Position numbers and translations under genes: made by a program
Source: Eubacteriales bacterium
Lineage (GTDB): Bacteria > Bacillota > Clostridia > Oscillospirales > CAG-272
Length of the DNA stretch: 53,067 nucleotides
NCBI GenBank assembly: GCA_045658315.1
Contig: JAZOUV010000064.1
Coordinates: 1 to 53,067 of the forward strand
Reading direction: 5' to 3'
Part shown: one piece after another, positions 20,168-29,766 of the stretch
How the letters are laid out: the number at the start of each line of letters is the position of its first letter
Numbering within the stretch: position 1 is the first letter of the stretch
The notes under the pieces: generated by a model
The model's input: the letters and a program-made list of their open reading frames with translations, nothing else
Told to the model about the DNA's origin: nothing
Database searches by the model: none

Positions 20168-21265
20168 ATGAAAAAAACAATATGTATACTGGTTTCAACG
20201 GTATTATTTATAAGCCTTATGTGTGTATGTGCATCCGCACTTTCAATATCCGCACAAAGTGCAGTCTTAATCGACGGTCACGGCGGCTCGGTCATTTATG
20301 AAAAAGACGCACATATTCGGAGAGGTATGGCAAGTACCACCAAAATAATGACAGCCTTAGTTGCCCTCGAAAACTGCCCACTCGAAAAACAAGTCAAGAT
20401 TGCCGACGAGGCTGTGGGGATCGAAGGCTCGTCGATCTATCTTGCACACGGCGAAACTCTGACTATGAAGCAACTCCTTTATGCGTTGCTCCTTCAAAGT
20501 GCTAATGATGCCGCAACAGCTATCGCAATAGAGGTTGCGGGAAGTGTTGAAGATTTTGCAGTTCTTATGAACGAAAAGGCTTCAGCACTTGGACTGAAAG
20601 ACACCCATTTTACCAATCCGCACGGACTTTATGACGATAATCACTACACTACTGCCTATGAATTAGCTGTCATAACAAAATATGCACTTGAAAATGATAC
20701 CTTTCGTCAAATCGTTTCCACGGCAAAAGAAACGATACCGTTAAATAAAGATGACGGTACCCGTGTCCTTGTTAATCACAACAAACTCTTAAGGATATAC
20801 GAGAATGCCATCGGAGTCAAAACCGGTTTTACCAAAAAAACAGGCCGTTGTCTCGTTTCTGCCGCAGAAAAAGACGGAACAACGGTTATTGCCGTTACGC
20901 TCAATGCCCCCGACGACTGGAACGACCACAAAGCTCTTCTTGATTACGGCTTTGAAAAGGTTAAAACCTATCACCTTGCCGCCCCCGACAGCATAACTCA
21001 CAAAATCCCCGTTGTAGGCGGTGAATCCGATTACGCAACCGTTACAAATGCGGGCGGTCTCAGCTACACCTGCGAAAAACAAACTGCAAATATTACAAGT
21101 GAGCTTGTGATTGACAGATTTCTTTTTGCCCCCGTTAAACAAGGTGATATATTGGGACAAGTTATATTTTACAACAACGGCGAAGAAATAGGCAGAATTG
21201 ATCTTACGGCACAAAATGACGTCAATCAAAAGAAAATTAAGAAAAAGCTATTTGGTTTATTTTAG
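20168..21265 (+). CDS. dacB: D-alanyl-D-alanine carboxypeptidase (S11, DacB-like)
   Basis: Signal peptide, ASTTKIMT (SxxK), SAND (SxN) and KTGFT; position between ytfJ and rluB matches dacB. Confidence 0.88.
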   Translation: MKKTICILVSTVLFISLMCVCASALSISAQSAVLIDGHGGSVIYEKDAHIRRGMASTTKIMTALVALENCPLEKQVKIADEAVGIEGSSIYLAHGETLTMKQLLYALLLQSANDAATAIAIEVAGSVEDFAVLMNEKASALGLKDTHFTNPHGLYDDNHYTTAYELAVITKYALENDTFRQIVSTAKETIPLNKDDGTRVLVNHNKLLRIYENAIGVKTGFTKKTGRCLVSAAEKDGTTVIAVTLNAPDDWNDHKALLDYGFEKVKTYHLAAPDSITHKIPVVGGESDYATVTNAGGLSYTCEKQTANITSELVIDRFLFAPVKQGDILGQVIFYNNGEEIGRIDLTAQNDVNQKKIKKKLFGLF

Positions 21266-21279
21266 GAGTATTATATAAT

Positions 21280-21999
21280 ATGGAAGAGATTCGTCTTCAA
21301 AAATTTATTTCAACAGCAGGTATTATGAGCCGACGAGCCGCAGAAAAAGAAATTGAAGCAGGCAGAATAAAGGTAAACGGTCAACCTGCAGAGCTTGGCC
21401 AAAAAATCATTCCCGGCAAGGACCGGGTTACATATAAGGGACAAGCTGTTGAAATAAAACAAAACGACCGCAAGGTATATATTATGTTAAATAAGCCCCG
21501 CGGCTACGTTACTACCCTCTCCGACGATAAATCAAGAAAATGTGTTGGGGAACTTGTAGATAACGTGGGAACAAGAGTATATCCCATAGGCAGACTTGAC
21601 ATGGACTCAGAAGGCTTGCTTCTTTTTACAAACGACGGAGACCTTGCAAACAAGCTTATGCACCCACGCCACCGTATTCCGAAAATATATCACGTTAAAG
21701 TCAAAGGGGAAATAACGCCCGAGCAACTGAAAGCGTTGGGAAAGCCTATGATTATAGACGACTATGAAATACTCCCCGTGGCTTGTGATATTGTTACACG
21801 TAAAGATAATTATACAGTTATACGTATGGAGCTTTACGAGGGCAGAAACAGACAGATACGTAAAATGTGCGAACAGACCGAACTTGAAATAACAAAATTA
21901 CAGCGTGTTGCTATCGGAAATATTAAGCTTGGAGACCTCCCCCTCGGAAAATGGCACCACCTTGCGAAAAGTCAGGTAGAGTATTTAAAAAAAGCATAA
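21280..21999 (+). CDS. rluB: 23S rRNA pseudouridine synthase (RluB/RsuA family)
   Basis: S4 domain RLQKFI..SRRAAE, GRLDMDSEGLLLFTNDG and EGRNRQIRKM. Confidence 0.92.
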   Translation: MEEIRLQKFISTAGIMSRRAAEKEIEAGRIKVNGQPAELGQKIIPGKDRVTYKGQAVEIKQNDRKVYIMLNKPRGYVTTLSDDKSRKCVGELVDNVGTRVYPIGRLDMDSEGLLLFTNDGDLANKLMHPRHRIPKIYHVKVKGEITPEQLKALGKPMIIDDYEILPVACDIVTRKDNYTVIRMELYEGRNRQIRKMCEQTELEITKLQRVAIGNIKLGDLPLGKWHHLAKSQVEYLKKA

Positions 22000-22006
22000 A
22001 TAAAAT

Positions 22007-22050
22007 AAGAGTGCGTATGGACTTCTCGTCTATACGCACTCTCTTGCTTT
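22007..22050 (+). terminator. Terminator after rluB
   Basis: AGAGTGCGTAT...ATACGCACTCT stem followed by T-rich sequence. Confidence 0.65.
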
Positions 22051-22235
22051 ATCCCCTAAAATATCTATTTCCCAACGCTTAACCTTGTTATTTGGTAATT
22101 TTTGGTAATTTTAACTACATATCGACAAAATTTTTTAGTAAGTATTTTATCAAAAAAACTATTGCAAAAATTGGTAAATTATGGTAATATATATTCAACA
22201 AATACAGAATACGGTAATACGGAGTGTGTGGAAAA

Positions 22236-23003
22236 ATGGAACAATCAATAAAAATTCTTATTGCAGACGAAAACGCCGACTTTCGTACAAGCTGCAAGGA
22301 CAACCTTTCAAGACTCGGCTTTAAAACTATAGATACTGCAACAAACGGCGAGGATGCTGAAAACAAGATCAGACTCCTGCGTCCCGATATTGTTTTATTA
22401 GATGCTTGGCTGTCAAAACTCGATTTTATTAAAGTTATGAGCAAGGTTAAGGATATGGACAACTCCCCGTCCTTCATTGTGGTGTCTATGGTCAACAACC
22501 CAAATATTTTTGCTGAAGCTACCGAAGCCGGAGCTGAATATTGCCTCGTTAAGCCTCTTGATTATGCTACACTCAAAGAACGCATAATCAGAATTGCATC
22601 TAAAAACAAGATACTTGCCGAAAGGTCTTTTACACAAAAAGCTACTGTTGCAGATATGGAAACTCAAATCACAAAGATTATTCATCAAATAGGCGTACCC
22701 GCACACATTAAAGGATATCAATATCTTCGTACAGCAATTATGATGGCTATTGAAGACAACAACATAATTAACTCGGTCACAAAAATTCTCTATCCCTCTG
22801 TTGCTCAAAAATACTCTACGACCTCGTCAAGAGTTGAACGTGCCATCAGACACGCCATTGAGGTTGCCTGGGACAGAGGCGACATTGATACCCTTAACTC
22901 CTACTTCGGCTACACCATTCAAAATAACCGAGGCAAGCCCACAAACAGCGAATTTATCGCCATGATTGCCGATAATTTGCGTTTGAAAAATAAATTCTCC
23001 TAA
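22236..23003 (+). CDS. spo0A: Sporulation master regulator Spo0A
   Basis: Receiver domain plus the Spo0A C-domain: [37 protein letters not shown] and [16 protein letters not shown] 22236 is preferred over GTG 22224. Confidence 0.97.
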   Translation: MEQSIKILIADENADFRTSCKDNLSRLGFKTIDTATNGEDAENKIRLLRPDIVLLDAWLSKLDFIKVMSKVKDMDNSPSFIVVSMVNNPNIFAEATEAGAEYCLVKPLDYATLKERIIRIASKNKILAERSFTQKATVADMETQITKIIHQIGVPAHIKGYQYLRTAIMMAIEDNNIINSVTKILYPSVAQKYSTTSSRVERAIRHAIEVAWDRGDIDTLNSYFGYTIQNNRGKPTNSEFIAMIADNLRLKNKFS

Positions 23004-23051
23004 TTTTTTATCCCTATTATTCCCCTTTAAAGCTACATAAGCTTTAAAAAC

Positions 23052-23081
23052 AAAAAGCCGTGTTCCCCTCACGGCTTTTTT
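23052..23081 (+). terminator. Terminator after spo0A
   Basis: AAAAAGCCGTG-loop-CACGGCTTTTTT. Confidence 0.8.
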
Positions 23082-23241
23082 GTATGCGTTTTTTTCCAAA
23101 AAGAACGCGGATACCTACTTTCTTGAAAGAAAGTAGGCAAAGAACTTTGCCTCTCCGGATTGTGTTTTTTTTAAATACCACTTGTTAATAATGCAATTTT
23201 GTGTTAAAATAACCGAAGTACATTACTGCGAGGTAAATAAA

Positions 23242-23754
23242 ATGAAGCACCCTTTACTTCCCGATTATGATTTTGATACATATAAGGAAATTACCCCCGA
23301 ATTTTTAAAGAGTATAGAAAAAAATTGTATGCTATGCGATATCGATAACACGCTCGTTCCCTATGACGTTCCCGAGCCCACCGAGGACGTTTGTCTATGG
23401 GTCAAATCTATGACCGATGCCGGAATAAAGGTTATTCTCGTTTCCAACAACGAAAAGGAAAGAGTGGAAAAATTTAACGAAAGGTTAAATCTGCCCTATC
23501 TATACAAATCGGGTAAGCCGTCACACCGTACCGTAAAAAACGCCTTACGCATACTAAACGATGAAAAGAAAAATGCAGTTATGGTAGGCGACCAGCTTTT
23601 GACCGACGTTATTACGGCAAGAGTTTCGGGCATTACGTCCGTATGGGTGCCCACGATAAAAAAAGTCGAGACACCCTTCTTCAGATGCAAATCGGCTATT
23701 GAAAAACCTTTTATTAAATATTATTACAAAAAGAAAGCGAAGAAAAAAATATGA
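23242..23754 (+). CDS. yqeG: YqeG family HAD IIIA phosphatase
   Basis: DIDNTL, VSNN, KP and VGDQLLTDV; RBS GAGG precedes ATG 23242. Confidence 0.9.
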   Translation: MKHPLLPDYDFDTYKEITPEFLKSIEKNCMLCDIDNTLVPYDVPEPTEDVCLWVKSMTDAGIKVILVSNNEKERVEKFNERLNLPYLYKSGKPSHRTVKNALRILNDEKKNAVMVGDQLLTDVITARVSGITSVWVPTIKKVETPFFRCKSAIEKPFIKYYYKKKAKKKI

Positions 23755-24599
23755 GTGCATTATTTGGTCCGGGCGGTAACTCACTTTCCTTTTACGCATC
23801 AGGCAAGAAAAGCACGATCGAAGCACCTGAATGGGTATCAACCTTCGGTCTTGATTGCTACGAATATCAAGCAGGTAAAGGACTTTTCGGAAGCGATGAT
23901 ACATTCAGAAAAATCGGCGACGAAGCAAAAAAACATAATATTCGTATGTCTCTTCACGCCCCCTACTATATATCTCTTTCGGGAATTGATACCGAAAAAC
24001 GCCTAAAAAGTGTCGATTACATTACAAAAAGCGTTGCAGCCGCCGAGCTTATGAACGCAGAGCTTATTGTTATCCATACCGGCAGTGCATCAAAAATATC
24101 AAGAGAAGAAGCAGTTTCTCTTGCGAAAGATACTATGTTTAAAGCACTTGAAGCTGTCGGCAATACTACTGTTACATTAGCACTTGAGACTATGGGCAAA
24201 CTGAATCAGTTAGGGACTCTCGATGAGGTTCTTGATATTTGCTCGATAGATAAGCGTCTCCGCCCCGTAGTCGATTTCGGTCATTTGAACGCAAGAAATA
24301 TCGGTAGCCTTTTTGTTGCCGTTGATGACTACAGACGTGTGTTCAATACAATAGCCGAAAAACTCGGAGACAGTTATGCCGATACTCTTCACTGCCATTT
24401 TTCTAAAATAGAATTTACAAATGCGGGCGAAAAAAAGCACCTCACGTTTGAGGATTCTGTTTTCGGACCGCCCTTTGAACCACTTATGGAAGCAATAGTC
24501 AAAGAGAATGTTTCACCTCGCATAATCTGCGAATCCGACGGTACCATGGCGGAAGATGCTCTGGCTATGAAAAAATATTATACTTCGCTGTTAAATTGA
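23751..24599 (+). CDS. nfo: Endonuclease IV-like TIM-barrel protein
   Basis: SLHAPYYISL, VIHTG, ETMGK, DFGHL, HCHFSKIE, GEKKH and ICES metal-binding motifs. Confidence 0.85.
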   Translation: MSALFGPGGNSLSFYASGKKSTIEAPEWVSTFGLDCYEYQAGKGLFGSDDTFRKIGDEAKKHNIRMSLHAPYYISLSGIDTEKRLKSVDYITKSVAAAELMNAELIVIHTGSASKISREEAVSLAKDTMFKALEAVGNTTVTLALETMGKLNQLGTLDEVLDICSIDKRLRPVVDFGHLNARNIGSLFVAVDDYRRVFNTIAEKLGDSYADTLHCHFSKIEFTNAGEKKHLTFEDSVFGPPFEPLMEAIVKENVSPRIICESDGTMAEDALAMKKYYTSLLN

Positions 24600-24638
24600 C
24601 GCAAATGTGTACAATATATTAATTTTTGAGACTAATTA

Positions 24639-24667
24639 TTGAAAAACAAATATTGCTGTGATAAAAT
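24639..24667 (+). promoter_or_regulatory. Sigma-A promoter upstream of the small ORF and corC-like gene
   Basis: TTGAAA-N17-TAAAAT with TG extension. Confidence 0.55.
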
Positions 24668-24703
24668 AGCTAAGATATTATTAAAGAAAGAGGTAAAGTT
24701 AAA

Positions 24704-25012
24704 GTGGACGATTCGCCCATACCGCGATGTAATTTCAAATACTTTGCTATTGTTTTATGCTTTCTCTTAGCTGTCACTATAGCTTTGCAGTTGAATGTCA
24801 GTACATACGCAAATATTAACGACGGAAATTGTTTCAGCTTTACCTCAGAATATGAAACTGAAAATATAGGCATAACCGTTTGTATCGGGCTAACTATTGT
24901 TCCGATTTGTCGTTGTGCCTTTTTTGCGTTAAAAAAACGCTCAAGAAAGCTCGAAACCAAAATAATTTCTCCTCCGTCATGTAAACAGTATGCAAAAATT
25001 CTCAACTGTTGA
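24704..25012 (+). CDS. Small Cys-rich putative membrane protein (102 aa)
   Basis: SD AGAGGT 9 nt before the GTG; two hydrophobic segments; 8 Cys; fills the gap between the promoter and the corC-like gene. Confidence 0.5.
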   Translation: MDDSPIPRCNFKYFAIVLCFLLAVTIALQLNVSTYANINDGNCFSFTSEYETENIGITVCIGLTIVPICRCAFFALKKRSRKLETKIISPPSCKQYAKILNC

Positions 25013-25066
25013 TATTATTTCTGTAAATAACCACAACTTAAAAACTTATTTATATAGGAGATCGTA

Positions 25067-26404
25067 ATGAATATTTTACCGCAATTGTTTTTACAACTTT
25101 TGCTTATTTTACTTAATGCTTTTTTTGCCGCAACGGAAATTGCATTTGTATCTTTAAACGAAAATAAATTGAAACATCAGGCAGAAGACGGCGATAAAAA
25201 AGCCAAGAAAATGCTGAAAATGGTACAGGAACCCACAGGCTTCCTCTCAACTATTCAAATCGGTATTACTTTAGCCGGATTCCTCGGCTCTGCTTTTGCC
25301 GCAGACAGCTTTTCCGATATGCTCGTAAACTGGATGATAAAGCTGTTCAGCCTCGGTGAATCTGTCAGACCTACACTTGATGCTGTTGCCGTTATTATTA
25401 TTACCCTTATACTCTCATATTTTACTCTTGTACTCGGCGAGCTTGTTCCAAAGAGAATTGCTATGAAAAGCCCCGAAAAATTTGCACGTACAGTTTGCGG
25501 TTTTGTCAAAGGACTTTCCACCGTTCTCAAACCAATAGTTTGGTTTATGACCGTTTCGACAAACGGCGTTCTCCGCCTCTGCGGTATTAACCCCAAGGAA
25601 GAAGGGGAGACCGTTTCCGAAGATGACATCCGTCTTATGATTGACATTGGTGAAGAAAAAGGTACTATTGATGCCGACGAAAAGGAAATGATTGAAAACA
25701 TCTTTGAGTTCGGCGACACTACCATAAACGAGATTATGATTCACCGTACTGTTGTAACCTTTATTGACGTATCAAGCTCTCACGAAGAAATTATGCATAT
25801 CATTGAAGAATCGGGCTACTCACGATTTCCCGTTTACGAGGACAGTGTCGACAACATAATCGGTGTCCTCAGAGCCCGTGAATACCTTCTCGAAACAAAA
25901 AAGAATGACAATATTGATATCAAGTCACTCCTCAAACCCGCAAAGTTTGTTCACGAATCAGTAAGAGCTGACGTTCTCTTTAAGGATATGCAAAAGACTC
26001 ACGTTCACATGTCTATAGTAGTTGATGAGTTCGGCGGCACTTCGGGTATTGTTACACTTGAGGACTTGCTTGAAGAAATCGTGGGTAACATCTATGATGA
26101 ATATGACGAACAAAACAAACCCGATATTACGCAGCTTGAAGATAACCTTTGGAGAATCGCAGGTACAACACAGCTCGACGATATTTGCGAAACTCTCGAT
26201 ATAGATATCGACTACGAAACAGAAGAATATAAAACCTTGGGCGGTATGGTGTTTTCCGAAATGCCATCTATCCCCGACGACGGCTCTCTCCCCGATGTCG
26301 AAGTTAAAGGTTTAAAAATCAAAGTCGAAAAAATCGTTGACCTCAAAGTTGAATCGGCTCTCGTTTCAAAGCTTGTAATTGAAAACGAAGACGAAAAAGA
26401 CTAA
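25067..26404 (+). CDS. HlyC/CorC (CNNM + CBS + CorC) family protein
   Basis: NAFFAATEIAF, STIQIGIT, GELVPKRIA, YSRFPVY, VVDEFGGTSGIVTLEDLLEEIVG and TLGG. Confidence 0.93.
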   Translation: MNILPQLFLQLLLILLNAFFAATEIAFVSLNENKLKHQAEDGDKKAKKMLKMVQEPTGFLSTIQIGITLAGFLGSAFAADSFSDMLVNWMIKLFSLGESVRPTLDAVAVIIITLILSYFTLVLGELVPKRIAMKSPEKFARTVCGFVKGLSTVLKPIVWFMTVSTNGVLRLCGINPKEEGETVSEDDIRLMIDIGEEKGTIDADEKEMIENIFEFGDTTINEIMIHRTVVTFIDVSSSHEEIMHIIEESGYSRFPVYEDSVDNIIGVLRAREYLLETKKNDNIDIKSLLKPAKFVHESVRADVLFKDMQKTHVHMSIVVDEFGGTSGIVTLEDLLEEIVGNIYDEYDEQNKPDITQLEDNLWRIAGTTQLDDICETLDIDIDYETEEYKTLGGMVFSEMPSIPDDGSLPDVEVKGLKIKVEKIVDLKVESALVSKLVIENEDEKD

Positions 26405-26428
26405 TTATATTTAACTGTGTTATTTAAA

Positions 26429-26530
26429 GGCTCTCTCGGTGCGAAGCACCTGAGAGGGCTTGTTTTTTATAAAAAAACACCCTTCCGCCTCGTTCCTCGG
26501 CACCTCCCCTTACCAAAGGGGAGGCTTTTT
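26429..26530 (+). repeat. GC-rich hairpin cluster (terminator and/or dispersed intergenic repeat)
   Basis: CTCTC-GGTGCGAAGCACC-TGAGAG and CCTCCCCTT...AAGGGGAGG followed by a T-tract. Confidence 0.45.
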
Positions 26531-26595
26531 GTTATATTTTCCGTATTCTTGGAAATAATTATATTATCATTATTTTCAACAATACGGAGTTTTTT

Positions 26596-27999
26596 ATGTC
26601 AGTTATTAATTTTAAGGATTTTGTAACACGTTTTGACAAGACGCTAAGGGTGGACGACAGCTTTGATATAAAAAAGCGAGAACTTATACTCTACAACAAA
26701 AAAGCTTGTATGTATTTTATCGACGGTTGCGTCAGAAGCGATTTGCTCGAAAGACTTGTTGAATTTTTTATGGAAAACCGAACCTCTGCTATTCCCGAAA
26801 ACTCGTCGCCCGCCGAGTTTATTAACGCAAACATCCCCTATATCGAAGTAATGCAAACTACAGATATAGATACTCTCGTCGAATCGGTACTGAAAGGCGA
26901 AACGGTATTGCTTGTTGACGGTGTGGGGGCAGGTATTCACATTAATGCCCGAATGTTTCCCGCAAGAGAAGTAGACGAACCCGAAAACGAGCGTGTTATC
27001 AGAGGTTCAAGAGACGGCTTTGTCGAATCTATCCTAAAAAACACCGCAATAATACGCCGCAGAATAAGAAACCCCGCCCTCACCTTTGCACACTTTACCA
27101 TAGGCGAAAACACAAAAACCGACGTTGCATTGGTGTATATGGAAGATAAAGCCGATAAAAATTTCGTCAAATATATATCGGATAAGCTAAAAAACATTAA
27201 AGTATACGGTCTTTCTATGGGACACGAAAGTCTGGCTGAATGTCTTATAACACGGAAATGGTATAATCCGTTTCCAAAAATAAGATATACCGAACGCCCC
27301 GATGCTGCGACGGCAATGCTCCTTGAAGGCAGCGTTATAATACTTTGCGACAACACGCCCGAGGCTATGCTTCTCCCTACTTCTATTTTTGATTTTATGC
27401 AAGAAACGGGCGACTATTATCACCCTCCCTTAGTTGGCACCTATATGCGTCTTCTCCGTATTTTTATTTTCGGGCTTACCGTAATTCTAACGCCTCTTTG
27501 GTATCTTCTTATAAGCAACCCTCATCTATTGCCAAATTGGCTTAAGTTCATAAAAGTTTCGTATACAGGGGGACTTCCCATAATTATTCAGCTTTTTATA
27601 CTCGAACTTGCTATAGACGGACTGAAGCTTGCTTCGCTTAATACACCAAACGCACTTAATAATTCACTCAGCATTATCGGCGGCCTTATACTCGGCGAAT
27701 ACGCAGTACAAAGCGGTTGGTTCATTCCCGAAGTTATACTCTATATGGCTTTCGTTTCACTCGCCAACTTCGCTCAACCGAGCAACGAGCTTGGATACGC
27801 CTTTAAATTTCTACGCGTTCTTTTGCTTGCCTTGACCGCCCTTTTCAATGTAATCGGTTTTTTTGTCGGAATCGTTCTTTCTTTGGTTCTCATTGCATCG
27901 AACAAGACCGTTAACGGAAAACGCTCCTATCTCTATCCTCTTATACCGTTTAACGCAAAAGCAATCAAAAGACTGTTTTTCAGAGTAAAATTAAGATGA
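26596..27999 (+). CDS. Spore germination protein, GerA/SpoVAF family
   Basis: EPENERVIRGSRDGFVE, NTAIIRRRIR, PFPKIRYTERPD and hydrophobic C-half (GGLILGEYAV). Confidence 0.9.
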   Translation: MSVINFKDFVTRFDKTLRVDDSFDIKKRELILYNKKACMYFIDGCVRSDLLERLVEFFMENRTSAIPENSSPAEFINANIPYIEVMQTTDIDTLVESVLKGETVLLVDGVGAGIHINARMFPAREVDEPENERVIRGSRDGFVESILKNTAIIRRRIRNPALTFAHFTIGENTKTDVALVYMEDKADKNFVKYISDKLKNIKVYGLSMGHESLAECLITRKWYNPFPKIRYTERPDAATAMLLEGSVIILCDNTPEAMLLPTSIFDFMQETGDYYHPPLVGTYMRLLRIFIFGLTVILTPLWYLLISNPHLLPNWLKFIKVSYTGGLPIIIQLFILELAIDGLKLASLNTPNALNNSLSIIGGLILGEYAVQSGWFIPEVILYMAFVSLANFAQPSNELGYAFKFLRVLLLALTALFNVIGFFVGIVLSLVLIASNKTVNGKRSYLYPLIPFNAKAIKRLFFRVKLR

Positions 28000-28042
28000 T
28001 ACAAAAACATTTCTGTGCATAAACACTAAAATCTATACAAAT

Positions 28043-28079
28043 AAAAGTAGGGGCGGATTCTAATATCCGCCCACTTTTT
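28043..28079. repeat. GTAG REP-like palindrome, likely also a bidirectional terminator
   Basis: AAAA-GTAGGGGCGGAT-tctaat-ATCCGCCC-ACTTTT between convergent genes. Confidence 0.55.
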
Positions 28080-28125
28080 GTATGCTCTATAATAAATGTT
28101 GGGGTAAGTCCAAGGAGACTATTAT

Positions 28126-29292
28126 TTAACCTAATTTTTGTTTAATCGTCGCAAGTCTTTCGAGGGCATCGTAAAGTGTCTCGTCTTTCTTCGCATAGTG
28201 GAGTCTCACGATATCTCTGACGTCTTCCATAAAGAACGAAGTTCCGGGTACTGCGGCAACGCCTACCTTTGCCGCCATTTCTTCACAGAATTCAACGTCT
28301 GTCTGTCCCTTTTTCATAAACTGACCGATATTCGCCAAAACGAAATACGTTCCCTGCGGGTCAGAATACTCAATACCGAGTCTGTCAAGCCCTTCGGTAA
28401 ATATCTTCTTCATGTGAGCATAATGCTGACCAAATTCGTCATAGTAGCTGTCGGGAAGTTCAAGTCCCACTACTGCCGCTTCCATAAGAGGCGACGGAGC
28501 TCCAACGGTATTAAAGTCGTGGTACTGCTTAATTCTGTCCATAATATGCTGAGGAGCTATAGCATATCCAAGTCTCCAGCCTGTTATCGAATAGGTCTTC
28601 GACAAGCTGCTGCAAGAAATCGTTCTCTCCCACATTCCGGGAAGACTGTTCATATAAGTGTGCTTATGACCCTCGTATACGATATGCTCGTAAACCTCGT
28701 CCATAATAACATAGGTATCGTACTTAATAGCAAGGTCTGCTATCTGCTTGAGTTCAGCCTCTGTAAACACCTTACCGCTGGGGTTTGACGGGTTACAAAT
28801 AAGTATAGCCTTAGCCCCCTGCTTAAATGCATCTTCAAGTACGTTTGCATCATAGTTAAATGCGGGCGGAATAAGGGGTACGAATATAGGCTCACAACCA
28901 ACAAGAAGAGCCTGTGCTCTGTAATTCTCAAAATAAGGTGAGAACATTATAATCTTTTCTCCGGGATTTGTGATGGCAAACAAAGTATCTACCATAGCTT
29001 CCGTTGAACCTATCGTAACAACTACCTCTGTTTCGGGGTCTATCTTCCTGCCCATAAATCTTCCGCACTTTTCAGCCAAAGCACGTCTGAAATTTGGTGC
29101 ACCCATCGTAATAGGATACTGGTGAGGGCCGATTTGGCTAATCTCTTCGAGTCTGTCTGTCAACACCTTGGGCGGATCAAAATCGGGAAATCCCTGTGCT
29201 AAGTTAATCGCGTTATTCGCTATAGCAATTCTGGTCATACGGCGTATGACCGAATCTGTAAAATACTTTGTCTTTCTGCTAAGTTCCTGCAT
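28126..29292 (-). CDS. PLP-dependent aminotransferase class I/II
   Basis: NLAQGFPDF, CNPSNPSGK, DEVYEH and SLSKTYSITGWRLGY. Confidence 0.93.
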   Translation of the reverse strand: MQELSRKTKYFTDSVIRRMTRIAIANNAINLAQGFPDFDPPKVLTDRLEEISQIGPHQYPITMGAPNFRRALAEKCGRFMGRKIDPETEVVVTIGSTEAMVDTLFAITNPGEKIIMFSPYFENYRAQALLVGCEPIFVPLIPPAFNYDANVLEDAFKQGAKAILICNPSNPSGKVFTEAELKQIADLAIKYDTYVIMDEVYEHIVYEGHKHTYMNSLPGMWERTISCSSLSKTYSITGWRLGYAIAPQHIMDRIKQYHDFNTVGAPSPLMEAAVVGLELPDSYYDEFGQHYAHMKKIFTEGLDRLGIEYSDPQGTYFVLANIGQFMKKGQTDVEFCEEMAAKVGVAAVPGTSFFMEDVRDIVRLHYAKKDETLYDALERLATIKQKLG

Positions 29293-29316
29293 ATTATTTA
29301 TACCTCTATATATTTT

Positions 29317-29745
29317 TTAGTTAAGTCCGAGCTTTTCTCCGGGAACGGTTTTTAAACCGTTTGCTTCGAGAACATCAAGGATATTAGCTTCATCAGCCAA
29401 ACGGAACACCATATATGCATCGTCCGTTCCTCTGTCAATAAGAGAATACATATATTCAATGTCTATATGAGCGTCTGCCATTTTTTGCAACACCTCTGCA
29501 AGACCTCCCGGCTTATCGGGAACGGCAACCACGTCAACTTCGTTTACACTTACAATACAGTTTTCTTTTGCCAATGCATTTTTTGCTTTCTCGACATCGC
29601 TTACAAGCATACGCAAGATACCGAAATCTGCGGTGTCTGCAATAGAAAGGGCTCGAATATCAATTCCATTCTCATAAAGAGTTCGTGTAACAGATGCTAT
29701 CTTACCCGATTTATTCTGAATAAAAACAGATAATTGCTTTACCAT
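29317..29745 (-). CDS. Tandem ACT-domain protein (paaK/ior-associated)
   Basis: KQLSVFIQNKSG, IRALSIADTADFGILR, PDKPGGL and IEYMY. Confidence 0.9.
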   Translation of the reverse strand: MVKQLSVFIQNKSGKIASVTRTLYENGIDIRALSIADTADFGILRMLVSDVEKAKNALAKENCIVSVNEVDVVAVPDKPGGLAEVLQKMADAHIDIEYMYSLIDRGTDDAYMVFRLADEANILDVLEANGLKTVPGEKLGLN

Positions 29746-29766
29746 ATCATATACTCCTTTTCTATT

